Of a DNA stretch of 64,000 nucleotides, positions 62,285-64,000 are shown in pieces. The position numbers and the translations under genes were made by a program. The stretch's first letter is position 1; the number at the start of each line of letters is the position of its first letter. Below the pieces are notes generated by a model, which was not told where the DNA came from, ran no database searches, and worked only from the letters and a program-made list of their open reading frames with translations. Origin of the DNA: a phage; the NCBI GenBank assembly GCA_025284135.1, contig GCA_025284135.1_3646.1; one strand, 5' to 3'.

Positions 62285-64000
62285 TCGTAAACAGTAATGA
62301 AACTAAAGCGGTACTAACCGGGAATATGGAGGTCACCAGGGGCTCAATTTCTCTGAACAAAGAGACTTTTGGGCTAATCATTAAAGGGATTTACGAAGAT
62401 AAGGTGCTGGCAAGCTGCCGTGAACCAATCTTCAACGCCGTGGACTCCCATGTTGAGTCTGGACGGGGTGATGTACCGATCATTATTCACTCTCCTACAG
62501 ACCTTGAACCGTACTTCTTTGTGCAGGACGTCGGATTGGGCATGTCAGAAGAGATGGTCCGCAACACTTTCATGAACCTCGGGGAGTCAACCAAGCGCAA
62601 CAGCAACGCTCTGGTAGGTAATAAAGGTGTTGGTTCAAAGGCTCCGTTCAGCATGGTGGACACTTTCGATGTGATCAGTGTGCATAATGGTGTTGAAAGC
62701 ACATATCTATTGTTCTTGGATCAGGGTATCCCAAACGTTACCAAGATTCGCGAGCGGAAGACTGAAGAGCACAACGGGGTAAAAGTTCAGTTCCATGTTA
62801 AGAAAGAGCATGTCCTGAAATATCGCACTGCTATTGCATCGTGCTTACGCTATGCGAAGTTTCCGTTCACCGTCACCGATCCCATGACCAGTAAGATGTT
62901 AGAAGGTGACAAGGTTGAGGCACAGTATCATTACGAGAAGGATGGCTGGAAAATGACCATCCTGAAAGGTTATACCAGTTCTGATGAGAGCCGTGTTGTG
63001 ATGGGTCACCAACCTTACCGCTCTAAGTTCCTGGAGACATTGACCGATTACCCTGCAATCTGCGTGGAAATTCCTATTGGGGATTGCAATATTAACCCTG
63101 GGCGTGAATGGACCATAGAGGGCCATGACGACGGTGGATTCCAGGATCGCCTGGAGGCCTTTGTCAAAGAAGGTATACGTCTTCGCGGGGCAGAAGTTGT
63201 TGCAGAACTGGAGACGGCAAAAACCTCCGCAGAAGCACGTGAAATGATGAAGAATAGTGGAGTGTTCGGGCACATCTTCGGTAAGAATTTTATGTATGAC
63301 CGCTGGGAAGAAACAGGGCTAGGGAATTTGGGGGACTGCGAGATCTTCGCTGGCGGCTTAAATAAAGGCCGCATAGGTTACGCCTGCTACGGAAAGGTAG
63401 AATTCTTACGGGGAGTTTATTTAGTATTTAACGACGGAGACGGCAAATATAACCGGAATAAGTGTAACTACTTAAGCGAGATCACCGGACGCAACGTTTT
63501 CTATTGCCGTAACACGGATCTGGTGAAAGAGTTTAAAGAGGCGGCACACCATCCGTTTTTTGCAGATACGGTCAAATTGTTATCTGAGCTTCCACGCCGA
63601 CCTACGAAGAAAGGTGAAACCAAAACCCGTTACGAACCAGGCTATTGGGTTAAAAAACTTGAGAAGGATGGTTACTTCCGGCGTGAGCGTATTACTAAGG
63701 CAGAGTTCAGGAAGATTAAGTACTGCATTCCCTACGAGGGGGATATCCAACGTGGAAGTTGTTGGCTGGGACAGCTGAGTAACATCTACCAGCAAAATTA
63801 TGACCGTGTGCGTGCGGCACTCCAGATTCCTGAAGGGGAAGATCTGTACCTGGTATCGGAATCTCGTCTGCTTTGGACTGATCCTGATTGCCAGTATGTT
63901 ACAGAGAAGAATGTGGAACATTTGTTGAAAGAGGATGCTTGGAAATTCTTACTGACTCGCGCAGCAAATGAAACTTCATATGACAGCCTGTATAGACAAT
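62281..64000 (+). CDS. rIIA: rIIA-like GHKL-ATPase-domain protein (5' partial; ORF continues past window end)
   Basis: Not in ORF track because no stop in window; read in frame from ATG 62281 (ATGA overlap with upstream stop). N box EPIFNAVDSH, G1 box VQDVGLGMS, G2 box GNKGVGSKAPFS. Confidence 0.55.
   Translation, partial: MIVNSNETKAVLTGNMEVTRGSISLNKETFGLIIKGIYEDKVLASCREPIFNAVDSHVESGRGDVPIIIHSPTDLEPYFFVQDVGLGMSEEMVRNTFMNLGESTKRNSNALVGNKGVGSKAPFSMVDTFDVISVHNGVESTYLLFLDQGIPNVTKIRERKTEEHNGVKVQFHVKKEHVLKYRTAIASCLRYAKFPFTVTDPMTSKMLEGDKVEAQYHYEKDGWKMTILKGYTSSDESRVVMGHQPYRSKFLETLTDYPAICVEIPIGDCNINPGREWTIEGHDDGGFQDRLEAFVKEGIRLRGAEVVAELETAKTSAEAREMMKNSGVFGHIFGKNFMYDRWEETGLGNLGDCEIFAGGLNKGRIGYACYGKVEFLRGVYLVFNDGDGKYNRNKCNYLSEITGRNVFYCRNTDLVKEFKEAAHHPFFADTVKLLSELPRRPTKKGETKTRYEPGYWVKKLEKDGYFRRERITKAEFRKIKYCIPYEGDIQRGSCWLGQLSNIYQQNYDRVRAALQIPEGEDLYLVSESRLLWTDPDCQYVTEKNVEHLLKEDAWKFLLTRAANETSYDSLYRQ

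Noticed and set aside
1-64000. Integrase, transposase, attachment sites or other mobile-element boundaries
   Set aside because: No recombinase-like ORF or flanking direct repeats seen; no mobile element is called.

Overview
The whole 64-kb window reads as tailed dsDNA bacteriophage DNA. I saw no rRNA, CRISPR array, integrase or transposase. All calls are from reading the sequence and the ORF track; no database search or folding program was run, and coordinates I derived by eye (tRNAs, promoters, terminators, adjusted starts) may be off by a few nt. Layout: (1) 1-3350, an early-type region with two homologous GC-rich noncoding elements, small ORFs including an AT-hook-like protein, sigma70-like promoters, and six canonical tRNAs plus one atypical tRNA-like gene. 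(2) 3736-4418, a spanin-like pair. (3) 4418-50804, one long plus-strand morphogenesis block: large terminase, portal, scaffold, major capsid, neck proteins, sheath-like and tube-like proteins, chaperone pair, tape measure, baseplate and spike, then an unusually large adsorption module (about 28 kb). (4) 50851-57530, a convergent minus-strand cassette of about 14 small, mostly unknown genes including a HAD phosphatase and a vWA/HExxH protein. (5) 57673-64000, a plus-strand block with a MoxR-like AAA+ ATPase, a SleB-like secreted hydrolase and the 5' part of an rIIA-like GHKL protein. The best candidates for something undescribed are the two paralogous GC-rich noncoding elements, and the MoxR ATPase / vWA-metallopeptidase-like pair split across divergent transcripts inside an accessory island of unknown genes. 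The multi-fibre host-range module with its 1874-aa giant protein is the third.
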